From positions 124,001 to 188,000 of the forward strand of contig JAPDFW010000105.1 in assembly GCA_028826165.1 (NCBI GenBank): a stretch of DNA of 64,000 nt, given 5' to 3'. Positions within the stretch are counted from its first letter, which is position 1. Every line of letters begins with the position of its first letter. The notes under the pieces are model-generated. The model made no database searches. It was given only the letters and a program-made list of their open reading frames with translations, and was not told where the DNA came from. This document shows, piece after piece, positions 11,801-23,400 of the stretch. Made by a program: the position numbers and the translations under genes. The stretch comes from Anaeramoeba ignava BMAN. Lineage: Eukaryota; Protista; Anaeramoebae.

Positions 11801-12747
11801 TTATTAAATATCTTATTGAAAATGGAATTGATATCAATTCAAAAACAAAATATAATGAAACAGCTCTTTCAATTTCAGTAGAAAACAAAAAAAGAGAATT
11901 AATCAAATTATTATTAATGAATGATGCAAATATTTTTGATTTGAAACAAAATCAAATTACAAAACAAATTATTGAAATTGGAATGAAAATTTATTCAATT
12001 AATCAAGATTTAAGCAATTTATTAAAATCAAGTGAAGATAATAATTTTTCAGATTTACAAATTCAGTCAAATGATGGTTTCAAATTTAATCTTCATAAAT
12101 TAATTTTATTAACAAGATTTGATAATAACCAAACAAATTTAAAGAAATTTATCAATATTTGTCAATCAAAAAAAACAAAAGAAGAAGTTGAACTTTCATT
12201 AAATTTTCTTTATTCAGGATTTTATGATTTTCAACAAATTTATCAAAATTTAAATTCAGAATATTTTGAAGATCAATCCAAACAAACATTATTATCAGAA
12301 ATGAAAGAAAAAGAAAATAAAATAACCAAATTATTTAAAGAAATTGGATTTGATTCAAAATGGATTGAAAATAAAAAAGGAAGAAAAGGAATAATAAAAG
12401 ATTTATCAAAATTATATCAACAAAATGAAACAAAAGATTTTACAATAATAATTTCAAAAGAAAAAGAAATTAAAGTTCATAAATTAATATTAATATTAAG
12501 AAGTGAATTATATAAAGGAATGTTTTTAAATGTTCAAGATTCATCAAATCAAGTTCATGATTATTCAGAAAAATCATTTAAAACAATTCAACAATTAATT
12601 TATTTTCTTTATCATGATAAATTTGAATTTGAAAATGAAATTAATGAAGAATTTTCAGATTTAAAAGATTATTTTCAATTAAATCAAAATTCAATAATTG
12701 ATTTAATTTTAAAGATCCACTCTAGTCCATTTTTTTCAATTTTATAA
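5809..12747 (+). CDS. Giant ankyrin-repeat (~50 near-identical 35-36 aa repeats) + tandem BTB protein, 2312 aa, intronless
   Basis: Uninterrupted ORF; unit ETALHIACxNxNISIxIIKYLIENGIDINSKTxxx; C-terminus nearly identical to that of 2533..5727. Confidence 0.93.
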   Translation: MNLIKKAIKENNKEYLKQIENISKQEIKKENKPILHFAIENKVSKEIIEILISKGLNPNSVDELGRNSFHIAIINNSTNDILELLLSKGININSKTIKTKFLSTFQFGLKEVIQYIINNKIDIDTKEFIKETKIQIPSEYQNSILELIKYTDSHHIDIDPNIFINKNALHFACYNENISIQIIKYLIENGIDINSKTNDNETALHFACENENISIEIIKYLIENGIDINSKTKRNETALHIACFNKNISFQIIKYLIEKGIDINSKTKYHETALHFACKNKNISIEIIKYLIEKGIDINSKTNDNKTALHIACYNENISFEIIKYLIENGIDINSKTDWNLNALQFVCANKNISIQIIKYLIENEIDINSKTEYNATALHLACRNENISIQIIKYLIENGIDIKSKTEYHNSTALHYACQNENENISIEIIKYLIENGIDINSKTKYHNETALHFACYNKNISIEIIKYLIENGIDINSKTKYNETALHIACKNENISIEIIKYLIENGIDINSKTNNNNETALHIACKNINISIEIIKYLIENGIDINSKTNNNNATALYYACRNFNISIQIIKYLIENGIDINSKTKNNENALHIACLNGNISIEIIKYLIEKGNDINSKTKNNENALYFACKSFNPSIEIIKYLIENGIDINSKTNRNNETALHIACKNENISIQIIKYLIENGIDINSKTKYHNETALHLACRNENISIQIIKYLIEKGIDINSKTNNNESALHIACENKNISIEIIKYLIENGIDINSKINDNQTDLHIVCENKNISIQIIKYLIENGIDINSKTKDNNKTALHIACFNRNISIQIIKYLIENGIDINSKTNDNETALHIVCENKNISIQIIKYLIENGIDINSKTNNNETALHIACKNKNISIEIIKYLIENGIDINSKTKYHNETALHIVCKNENISIQIIKYLIENGIDINSKTNRNNETSLHIACKNENISIQIIKYLIENGIDINSKTKDNNETALHIACENENISIEIIKYLIKNGIDINSKTDDNNETALHIACFNKNISIQIIKYLIENGIDINSKTNDNKTALHIACENKNISIQIIKYLIEKGIDINSKTKYNNKTALHIACKNENISIEIIKYLIENGIDINSKTKDNNKTALHIACFNRNISIQIIKYLIENGIDINSKTNDNETALHIACENINISIQIIKYLIKNGIDINSKTEGNKTALHIACENENISIEIIKYLIENGIDINSKTDDNNETALHIACKNENISIQIIKYLIENGIDINSKKKDSDEIVLHIACYNENISIEIIKYLIENGIDINSKTKDNNETALHIACFNKNISIQIIKYLIEKGIDINSKTNDNKTALHIVCENKNISIQIIKYLIENGIDINSKTNNNETALHIACKNKNISIEIIKYLIENGIDINSKTNDNNETALHIACKNENISIQIIKYLIENEIDINSKTNDNNETALHIECKKENPSFEIIKYLIENEIDINSKTKYHNETALHIECKKGNPSFEIIKYLIENGIDINSKTKDNNETALHFACKNENISIQIIKYLIENGIDINSKTKDNNETALHIECKKENPSFEIIKYLIENGIDINSKTNNNNETALHIACENENISIQIIKYVIENGIDINSKTTKYNKTALHIACKSFNPSIEIIKYLIENGIDINSKTYDNETALHIACKNENISIEIIKYLIENGIDINSKTEYNNETALHLACKNENISIEIIKYLIEKGIDINSKTKWNNETALHIACKNENISIEIIKYLIENGIDINSKTKYNETALHIACENKNISIEIIKYLIENGIDINSKTNNNKTALHIACKNKNISIQIIKYLIENEIDINSKTKYNETALHIACQNSNISIQIIKYLIENGIDINSKTKYNETALHIACKNKNISIQIIKYLIENGIDINSKTNDNDETALHIEYKKENPSFEIIKLLIENGIDINSKTKWNNDETVLHIECKKENSSFEIIKLLIENGIDINSKTKWNNETALHIACENKNISIEIIKYLIENGIDINSKTKYNETALSISVENKKRELIKLLLMNDANIFDLKQNQITKQIIEIGMKIYSINQDLSNLLKSSEDNNFSDLQIQSNDGFKFNLHKLILLTRFDNNQTNLKKFINICQSKKTKEEVELSLNFLYSGFYDFQQIYQNLNSEYFEDQSKQTLLSEMKEKENKITKLFKEIGFDSKWIENKKGRKGIIKDLSKLYQQNETKDFTIIISKEKEIKVHKLILILRSELYKGMFLNVQDSSNQVHDYSEKSFKTIQQLIYFLYHDKFEFENEINEEFSDLKDYFQLNQNSIIDLILKIHSSPFFSIL
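6300..11880 (+). repeat. Coding tandem repeat, 105/108-nt ankyrin units
   Basis: aaatatct(t/a)attgaaaatggaattgatat(t/c)aattcaaaaac recurs every 105-108 nt. Confidence 0.95.
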
Positions 12748-13059
12748 GAAATTTCTTTTAACTTCTTTCAACTTCTTTGATAATTTTTTGGTAATTTTTT
12801 TTTTAAATTTTTGATAAAAAAGGAGTTTGATTTATTAATTTTTTTTTTAAATTTTTAATTTCAAAATTCTTTTTTTGGTTTTGTTTTGATAATTAAGAAA
12901 ATGGAAAAAGTAAAAAATAAATTTTTAAATGGAGGAAGGAGGAAATGAGATTATTAGTAAGCTAGAGTTATCTCTTCAATCGAGATTTTTTCTTTGAATC
13001 GAATAGTATGTGGATCAGAAGTATTTTCGTTTTGATGGATGAAGAAAAGGCCTTTGATC

Positions 13060-16000
13060 TCAAAAGTTCTTGGGATCAAATTCCATGATATACAGGTCAT
13101 TATAGAAAGATTTATTTGTTTGTGTTCCTGAAAACACAATCAAGAAGGAACCAAACTTTCCAAAGAAAAAATCATCTCTGCCGCAAGGATTTTGTTCTGT
13201 TTCGATTACTTTCCATTCCTTCGAGCTCAAATCACAGACAAACAATTCGTCCATGTTTGTTTCTGTAGCTCGATCGAAACCTCCAAAAATTACCAGAGAG
13301 TTATTGTCTATTAATGAACCATGGCTTTCTCTGGGTCTCGGAATGTCCCCAGAAGTATTTATTTCTTGCCAAAATTTTGTATTCAAATCAAAACACCACA
13401 AATCATTTAAATTGCCTTCTCTTCCTTTTCCACCAAAAATATACATTTTTTGCTGGGAAATATCAGCTGTATGACTAGTTCTTGCTTGTGGCCATGAAGT
13501 TGATATGAAATAATTTTCTATTTTTTTCCAGGTATTTTTTGTGAACTTGAATATCCAAAGATCTTGAAGATAAATCGATCCAAACATTAGATGTTGATTT
13601 CCTCCAAAAACAACCATTTTATTTTTATAAACAACTGCACTGTGATATCCTCTTCTTTCCGGGATTTTTGTGATTTGATCGTTTCTTCTCTTATTAAACT
13701 CCACTTTCTTCCATTGCTCTGCTTGGAGATCAAAGGAATACATATCATATAGATTCTGAAGTATACCAGTTTCTTTGTTTGATCCTCCATAAATATACAT
13801 ATTCCCTTGATATAGCACAGTAGTATTTCCCCATCGTGGATTGGGTTTAATCCCAAATTGAAATCTTTTTTTCCATTCAAAAGTTTCTAAATTAAGTGTC
13901 CACATATCATCCCGAAAATCTGCTTTTGAGGAGAAAAAACCTCCAAAAACCCATAAATCTTTGTTGAAAATAACACAAGATGGTTTTGCTCTTTCTGCTG
14001 GAATTGTTCCTTTACATTCAATTTCTCTCCATATTGGGGATCCATCATCTTTTGATTTTAAAAAAGAATTTAATAATAAATTTAATAATAATTCTTAAAT
14101 GGATTTCTGGAAATGAAGTTTAATCCAGAAATGTTTTTTGTTGGATTTTTCGTTTAGATTTTGATTTACCATCATTATCGTTACCAATAGTTTCTAAAGC
14201 TCCCCTTCCATTTTCTTGAATAAATTGATTATTACGGAAATGATTCATCGCGTTTCGGATAATTTGAATTCCATTTAATTTTCTTATTGAGATTTGGTTT
14301 TCTTTTTTTTAGAATTGAAATAATTGAGATTAATTTTTTTTAAATGAATTTATCAATAAATTCCCTTTATATTTTGATTTTGATTTTGATTTTGATTTTG
14401 ATTTGTAGCATTACTTTGATTACAATCACTAATTTCCCATAAAGCTCCACATCCATTTTCTTGAATATTTTGATTATTTGGGTAATTATTCATAGCCTTT
14501 ATTACAGCTTCAATTCCGTTTAATTTTCTTATTGAGATTTGGTTTTCTTTTTTTTAGAATTGAAATAATTGAGATTAATTTTTTTTAAATGAATTTATCA
14601 ATAAATTCCCTTTATATTTTGATTTTGATTTTGATTTTGATTTTGATTTTGATTTTACCGTAATTTTCAACAATAATTTCCCATAAAGCTCCACATCCAC
14701 TTTCTTGAATATTTTGATTATTTGGGTAATTATTCATAGCCTTTATTACAGCTTCAATTCCGTTTAATTCTTTGATTGAAATTTTATTTTCTTTTAGAAT
14801 TTACATAAAAACAAACGAAAAAATTCATTAATATTTTTTTAATTCTTGTTTTATTTTTTGATTTACCTTTATTATCATAAACAAGACTCGATAAAGCTTT
14901 ACATCCATTTTCTTGAATATTTTGATTATAGGAGTAATTATTCATAGCCTTTATTACAGCTTCAATTCCGTTTAATTCTCTGATTTTATTTCTATTTTCT
15001 TTTAGAATTTACATAAAAACAAACGAAAAAATTCATTAATATTTTTTTAATTCTTGTTTTATTTTTTGATTTACGATCCTCTCGATAACTAATATTCCAT
15101 AAAGCTTTACATCCATTTTCTTGAATATTTTGATTATAGGAGTAATTATTCATAGCCTTTATTACAGCTTCAATTCCATATAATTCTCTGATTTTATTTC
15201 TATTTTCTTTTAGAATTTACATAAAAACAAACGAAAAAATTCATTAATATTTTTTTAATTCTTGTTTTATTTTTTGATTTACCTTTATTATAAGAAGCAA
15301 TATTCCATAAAGCTTTACATCCATTTTCTTGAATATTAGAATTCCATCTGTAATCATTCATCAAAGTGATTGATTCTTGAACAGATTCTTTTTGATTTCG
15401 ATTTGAATTTTAATTTTTGTTAGATTTGATTTTTTTTGGTTATTTGGGTTAAAAATAATTGATTGAAATAATTATTTGAAATCCGAAAATGGATATCAAA
15501 AAATAACTCGTTTGTTTTTTTTTCAAATTTTTTAAATAGTTGAATAAAATATTTTTTTTTGATTTGATAACATAACTTCCAATCATTTTAAATTTAATAA
15601 AACAAAGAATGAAAAAGAATTTACTTTCATTTAATTTTTGATCTTGTTTTTGATAACTTTGTAAAGTTTGAAGAGATTTGTCCAAAATATTATTCTCCTT
15701 TTCTTTTTTCAAGGTTTGGATTTGGGTTTCTTTTAAACGAATTTCGAAATCTTTTTGATTAATACTTCTTTCTTTTTGCTGATTGGATTGATTAAGTTGA
15801 TTAATTCTTTTTTCTTTTTCTTGATTTGTTTTTTGAAGTTGATTAATTTCTTGATCTTTTTGTTGGATTGATTGATTGAGTTGATTAATTTTTCTTTCTT
15901 TTTCTTGATTGGATTGATTAAATTGATTAATTCTTCTTTCTTTTTCTTGATTTGTGTTTTGAAGTTGATTAATTTCTTGATCTTTTTGTTGATTTGATTG

Positions 16001-18548
16001 TTTAAATTGTCTTTTTTTTCTTCTTTTTTCTTGGATAGATTGATTAAGTTGATTAATTCTTCTTTCTTTTTCTTGATTTGTTTTTTGAAGTTGATTAATT
16101 TCTTGATCTTTTTGTTGGATTGATTGATTGAGTTGATTAATTTTTCTTTCTTTTTCTTGATTGGATTGATTAAATTGATTAATTCTTCTTTCTTTTTCTT
16201 GATTTGTGTTTTGGAGTTGATTAATTTCTTGATCTTTTTGTTGGATTGATTGATTGAGTTGATTAATTTTTCTTTCTTTTTGCTGATTGGATTGATTAAA
16301 TTGATTAATTCTTCTTTCTTTTTCTTGATTTGTGTTTTGAAGTTGATTAATTTCTTGATCTTTTTGTTGATTTGATTGTTTAAATTGTCTTTTTTTTCTT
16401 CTTTTTTCTTGGATAGATTGATTAAGTTGATTAATTCTTTTTTCTTTTTCTTGATTTGTGTTTTGAAGTTGATTAATTTCTTGATCTTTTTGTTGGATTG
16501 ATTGATTGAGTTGATTAATTTTTCTTCTTTTTTCTTGATTGGATTGATTAAGTTGATTAATTCTTTTTTCTTTTTCTTGGATTGTATTTTCAAGCTTCGT
16601 AATTTCATCATCTTTTTGTTTAATTGTTTTCCTTTTTTTCTTGATTGTTTCATCTTTTTGTGTAATTGTTTTAGTTTGTTTATTGATTTTTTTATTTTTT
16701 TGGCGAATTGTTTGAGTTTGATTTTCAATTTCTTTTTTAAATTTTTGATTTTCATGATTCAATTCTTGATTTTTTTCATTCATTAATTCCATTTGAAGAT
16801 TAAAGGGTAAAATTGGATTGTTTTGAGTTCTTGAATCATTAGAAATGACATCATCATTTTTGAAGTTATTGATAATAATATAAAAATCTTCCACATTTTC
16901 TTGTATTTCTTGGATTTGAATTGGCTCAATATATTTGTCTTTATCGATTAAATTTTGATTGCTATTTCGAAATTTCTCTTTCCAATTTCTCGATAAATTC
17001 CAAATTAAATTGACTTTACTTTTTTTTGATTTCGCTGATTGAATCACTTGAATAATTTCTTTTAATTCTTGATTATTGATTTTTCCAATTTGATCTTTTT
17101 CAATAATTTTCTCAATATTTGATTTAATAAATTGTTCACACAAATTGGAAAGAAATCGAGATTTGATTGAAATACTTTTAAAATAAATAATAATAGCGTT
17201 TTCTTCTTTGATTTGTTCTGACACTTCTTTTTCAATTTTGATTCTTAGACTCGTTAATTTAAAATGCTTTGCAAGTAAAAAATATTGTTCAAATTTGTTC
17301 AACTCAAATTGGAATTCTGAATCATAAAAAAATGAGATTATGGATTTCACAATATTATATCCAAATGTGGGGGGCAGATACAATTCTTCATTATCTGGAT
17401 TTTCATGATTTTGTTCATAAAAAAATCTTGATCTTGAATTCAGTAATGATTTATGACAAGGAATTTTTTGATTTGATTTTCCAGCATAAATGATAAAATC
17501 ACAATTTTCTTGATTTTGGAACATGATTTTAAAACTTGAAAGAAGTTCAGAAATGAATAATTTATGATATTCTTCCGGAGGAAATTCATATAATTTTGAA
17601 ATTTCAATTTGATTTTGATTTTGATTTAGATTTTGATTTTGATTTTGATTTTGATTTTGATTTTGATTTAGATTTAGATTTTGATTTAGATTTTGATTTT
17701 GATTTTGATTTTGATTTAGATTTAGATTTAGATTTTGAATTTGATTTGTATTTTGATTTGTATTTTGAATTTGATTTTGATTTTGATTTTGATTTTGATT
17801 TTGATTTTGATTTTGATTTTGATTTTGAATTAGATTTAGATTTTGATTTTGAATTTGATTTGTATTTTGATTTGTATTTGAAAATTCATTATTGGGAAGG
17901 TTAGATTTGGGAATTTGTTTATAATTCAAAATGGCATTTCCCAGTTTTGATTTTAATTTGGACCGAAAATTCAAATGCTCAAATTCGCACATTTTGGTAT
18001 CGCAATGTTTCTCAAGAAAATGAAAAAATTTTGATTTTTCTTTTGGGCATTCTAGTTTAAATGGAGAAATAATAATTGTCAACAATTTGATGATTTAAAT
18101 TTCAATTAAAATTAAAATGAAAATTGGATTGGAGTTTTTTTGTGGATTTTACTTTTTTTCGAAGCTTTTTCTCTTTGATCAAGAAAAAAACAATTAATTT
18201 TTTTAATATCTTTAACTTCAGGATTTTGGCTTAAAATTTCATTTCTCCATTCCAAAAAATCTTCAAATCTTGGATGTACATAAGGGCAATCAGAAGTATT
18301 GCATTGTTTACCTTGATAAAAATTAGGACATACAATCCTATTTGGTGGATGAGAATTAGTGTCATTTGCTTCGTAATGTTCAAAAGAATTGCACCATCCT
18401 TGTTGTAAATAAGGACACATCATTGGATCATTGTTTGACTGTTTTTATTTAGTTATTTATTCAAAAAAAAAAATAGAAATTTTAATGGTTTCTTTTCTTT
18501 TTTGTTTTGTTTATTTTTTTCAATAAAACTGAAAGAACAAACATTCAT
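13060..18548 (-). CDS. Multi-exon CCCH zinc finger - BTB(/BACK-like) - coiled coil - 6 ARM repeats - Kelch propeller protein (~1490 aa)
   Basis: Manual model, all GT..AG, frame preserved: exons 18548-18543 (tentative), 18438-18153, 18051-15625, 15387-15283, 15206-15075, 14998-14867, 14790-14659, 14546-14415, 14301-14170, 14048-13060. Motifs: CPNFYQGKQCNTSDCPYVHP (CCCH), CDFIIYAG...IPCHKSLLNSRSRFF (BTB), GIEAVIKAMNNY...IQENGCKALWNI (ARM), GYHSAVVYKNKMVVFGG and ARTSHTADISQQKMYIFGG (Kelch). Confidence 0.8.
14049..15387 (-). repeat. Tandem exon+intron duplications (208-nt and ~245-nt units), each encoding one ARM repeat
   Basis: Introns 15207-15282, 14999-15074 and 14791-14866 are identical 76-mers; introns 14547-14658 and 14302-14414 are near-identical; five exons are exactly 132 nt. 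Confidence 0.92.
15760..16600 (-). repeat. Coding 42-nt (14 aa) coiled-coil repeat with higher-order 126/378-nt periodicity
   Basis: INQLNQSIQQKDQE / INQLQNTNQEKERR / INQFNQSNQEKERK units; the KKRQFKQSNQQKDQE block recurs 378 nt apart (~16003 and ~16381). Confidence 0.85.
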
Positions 18549-18699
18549 TATTTTGAAAAAAATCACTTTTAGATAAAAAAAAATGAAAAAAAATGAAAAA
18601 AATTAATAAATAAATTTTTTTTTAATTCATAAAAAAAAGTCCACTTTTTCTTTTTTCATTTCTTTCAATTTCTTTGATAATTTTTTGGATAAAAAATAA

Positions 18700-19545
<846 letters not shown>

Positions 19546-19758
19546 ATTTTTTGATAACTTCTTTCAATTTCTTTGATAATTTTTTGATAATTTCTTTCAA
19601 CTTCTTTCAATTTCATTGATAATTTTTTGATAATTTTTTGATAACTTCTTTCAATTTCTTTGATAATTTTTTTTTTAAATTTTTAATTTCAAATCAATTT
19701 CATTTTATAAATTTTGGTTTAAAAAAAAATAATAAAAATAAAAGAAAAAAAAAATAAA

Positions 19759-20187
19759 TTAATTTTGTTTATTTGGATTTGCATCAGGTTTTTGAACAGG
19801 AGGAGAGTTTCTATAAGCGGTAGTCATAGCTCTTGTCATAAAGTTCTGAAAGTATTGAAGTTGTGAGACTAAAATATTCTTTTCTGCTTCTAAAGCATCA
19901 GTTCTTGTTCTGTAATCTCTATTTGTTTTTTCAAGTTCTTCAAGTTTTTTTTCTAATTCTTGAATTTGTTCTCTTTGTCTTTGTCGAAAATTTTTTGCAG
20001 CCATTCTATTAATTTTTTGTCTTCTTTCTTTTTGTTCTTCTGTTAATTCTTTTTTTTGTGTTTTTTTTTCTTTTTCTTTTTCATTTTCATTTTCATTTTC
20101 ATTTTGTTTTTGTTTTTGTTGTTTTTCTTTTTATTTTTATTATTTTTTTTTTCTTTTTCTTTTTCTTCCAATTTGATTTAAATTCAT
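19759..20187 (-). CDS. Small bZIP transcription factor (5' end uncertain)
   Basis: Basic region ERRQKINRMAAKNFRQRQRE followed by a heptad Leu zipper (IQELEKKLEELEKTNRDYRTRTDALEAEKNILVSQL); the in-frame ATG at 20187 is separated from it by three TAA codons in an A-rich tract. Confidence 0.75.
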
Positions 20188-20464
20188 TTTTTATTTATTT
20201 AAAAATAAAAGCATAAAAAAAAGTAAAATTTATTTTTTATTTTTTTTTTTTATTAATTTTTTTTTTATTTTTATTAATTTTTCATAAATTTTAGTAATTT
20301 TTTTATTTTTTTTTTTTTAATTGATTTAAATTTAGAGATAAATAGGAAAAAAAATAAAATTTTTATTATTTTTTTTTAATCATTTTTTTTCTTTTATTTT
20401 CTATTTTCTTTTTTAATTTCATTCTCCTTTTTCAAAAAATAAAAACAAAACCAAATAAATTAAA

Positions 20465-23400
20465 ATGGGAAATTGTTTTACAAAAAAAGAAAAAAATTTA
20501 GAAGATCATTGTAATTAAAAAAAAAATTAATTTAAATTTTTTCTGATCAAATAAAAGAGATTAAAATTCTCAATCATTTATCAATTTAATTTATAAATAT
20601 AAATATAAATCTAAATCTAAATCTAAATCTAAATCTAAATCTAAATCTAAATATAAATCTAAATATAAATATAAATCTAAATCAATTTATAAATATAAAT
20701 ATAAATAATATAAATATAAATATAAATCTAAATCTAAATATAAATCTAAATATAAATATAAATCTAAATCTAAATCTAAATCTAAATCTAAATATAAATA
20801 TAAATATAAATATAAATATAAATATAAATATAAATATAAATATAAATATAAATATAAATCTAAATATAAATATAAATATAAATATAAATATAAATATAAA
20901 ATATAAATATAAATATAAATATAAATATAAATATAAATATAAATATAAATATAAATATAAATCTAAATCTAAATCTAAATATAAATATAAATATAAATAT
21001 AAATATAAATATAAATATAAATATAAATATAAATATAAATATAAATATAAATATAAATATAAATATAAATATAAATATAAATATAAATATAAATATAAAT
21101 ATAAATTAAAATTAAAAATATAAATATAAATCTAAATCTAAATCAATTTATAAATATAAATCTAAATCTAAATCAATTTATAAATATAAATCAAAAATAT
21201 AAATATAAAAATAAATATAAATATAAATATAAATAAATATAAATATAAATATAAAATATAAAATATAAATATAAATATGAATATAAAATATAAATATAAA
21301 TATAAAATATAAATATAAAAATATATAAATATAAATATAAATATAAATATAAATATAAATATAAATATAAATATAAATATAAATATAAATCTAAATATAA
21401 ATATAAATATAAATATAAATATAAATATAAATATAAATATAATATAAATATAAATATAAACATAAATATAAATATAAATATAAATATAAATAAATATAAA
21501 TATAAATCAATCAATTTATAAATATAAATATAAATCTAAATATAAATCTAAATCTAAATCTAAATCTAAATCTAAATCTAAATCTAAAATATAAATCTAA
21601 ATATAAATATAAATCTAAATATAAATATAAATATAAAATCTAAATATAAATATAAATCAAAATCTAAATATAAATATAAATATAAATATAAATATAAATA
21701 TAAATATAAATATAAATATAAATATAAATATAAATATAAAAATATAAATATAAATATAAATATAAATCTAAATATAAATACAAATATAAATATAAAATAT
21801 AAAATATAAATATAAATATAAAATATAAAATAAAAATATAAATATAAATATAAATATAAACATAAATAAATATAAATATAAATATAAATATAAATATAAA
21901 TATAAATATAAATATAAATATAAATATAAATATAAATATAAATATAAATATAAATATAAATATAAATATAAATATAAATATAAAATATAAATATAAATAT
22001 AAATATAAATATAAATATAAATCTAATCTAAAATTTATAAATCTAAATATAAATACAAATATAAATCTAAATATAAATATGAATATAATTATAAATATAA
22101 TTATAAATATAAATATAAATATAAATATAAATATAAATATAAATATAAATATAAATATAAAAATAAATATAATTATAAACTAAATATAAATATAAAATAA
22201 AATATAAGTATAAATATAAATATAAATATAAAATATAAATATAATTATAAATATAAATATAAATATAAATATAAATATAAATCTAAATCTAAATCTAAAT
22301 CTAAATTTATAATTATAAATATAAATATAAATATAATTATAAATATAAATATAAATATAAATATAAATATAAATATAAATATAAATATAAATATAAATAT
22401 AAATATAAATATAAGTATAAATATAAATATAAATATAAATATAAATATAAATCTAAATATAAATATAAATATAAATATAAATATAAATCTAAATATAAAT
22501 ATAAAATATAAATATAAATATAAATCTAAATATAAATATGAATATAATTATAAATATAATTATAAATATAAATATAAATATAAATATAAATCTAAATCTA
22601 AATCTAAATCTAAAATCAATTTATAATTATAAATATAAATATAAATATAAATATAAATATAAATATAAATATAAATATAAATATAAATATAAATATAAAT
22701 ATAAATATAAATCTAAATATAAATATGAATATGAATATGAATATAAATATAAATATAAATATAAATATAAATATAAATCTAAATCTAAATATAAATCTAA
22801 ATCAAAATCTAAATTAAAATCTAAATCTAAATCTAAATATAAATATAAATATAAAATTAAAATCAAAATCAAAGTAAAAATCAAAATTAAAATTAAAATC
22901 AAAATTAAAATTAAAATCAAAATTAAAATCAAAATTAAAATTAAAATTAAAATTAAAATCAAAATTAAAATTAAAAATCAAAATCAAAATCAAAATTAAA
23001 ATTAAAATCAAAATTAAAATCAAAAATTAAAATTAAAATTAAAATTAAAATTAAAATTAAAATTAAAATCAAAATTAAATATAAAATTAAAATCTAAATT
23101 AAAATTAAAATTAAAATTAAAATTAAAATTAAAATTAAAATTAAAATTAAAATTAAAATTAAAATCAAAATTAAAATCAAAATTAAAATCAATTTCTTGA
23201 ATATTTAGTCATAAATGATGATTCCAGAATTCTTTCAGAAGATTTTGATAGACAAACAAATAGTACACAAAGCATGGATAAAAAAAAATTTATACAAAGT
23301 TATGTTGGTGTAACTGGAAAAATAGAAAATCAATTCACAGACAAAATATTTAAATGTTTCACTCACAATACAAGATTAACAAAATATGAACTTTTAATAG

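Noticed and set aside
14103-14132. 9-bp inverted repeat (ATTTCTGGA...TCCAGAAAT) in the last intron as ncRNA or MITE
   Set aside because: Too short, single copy, no snoRNA boxes or target-site duplication recognisable
15733-16755. 340-aa alternative-frame ORF, and other shadow ORFs over the ankyrin arrays and TOP2
   Set aside because: By-products of stop-free repeat units in other frames or strands; no independent domain signal
20120-20160. TAA=Gln alternative genetic code
   Set aside because: Most genes here end in TAA, and multi-kilobase AT-rich ORFs contain no internal TAA/TAG, so the code is standard
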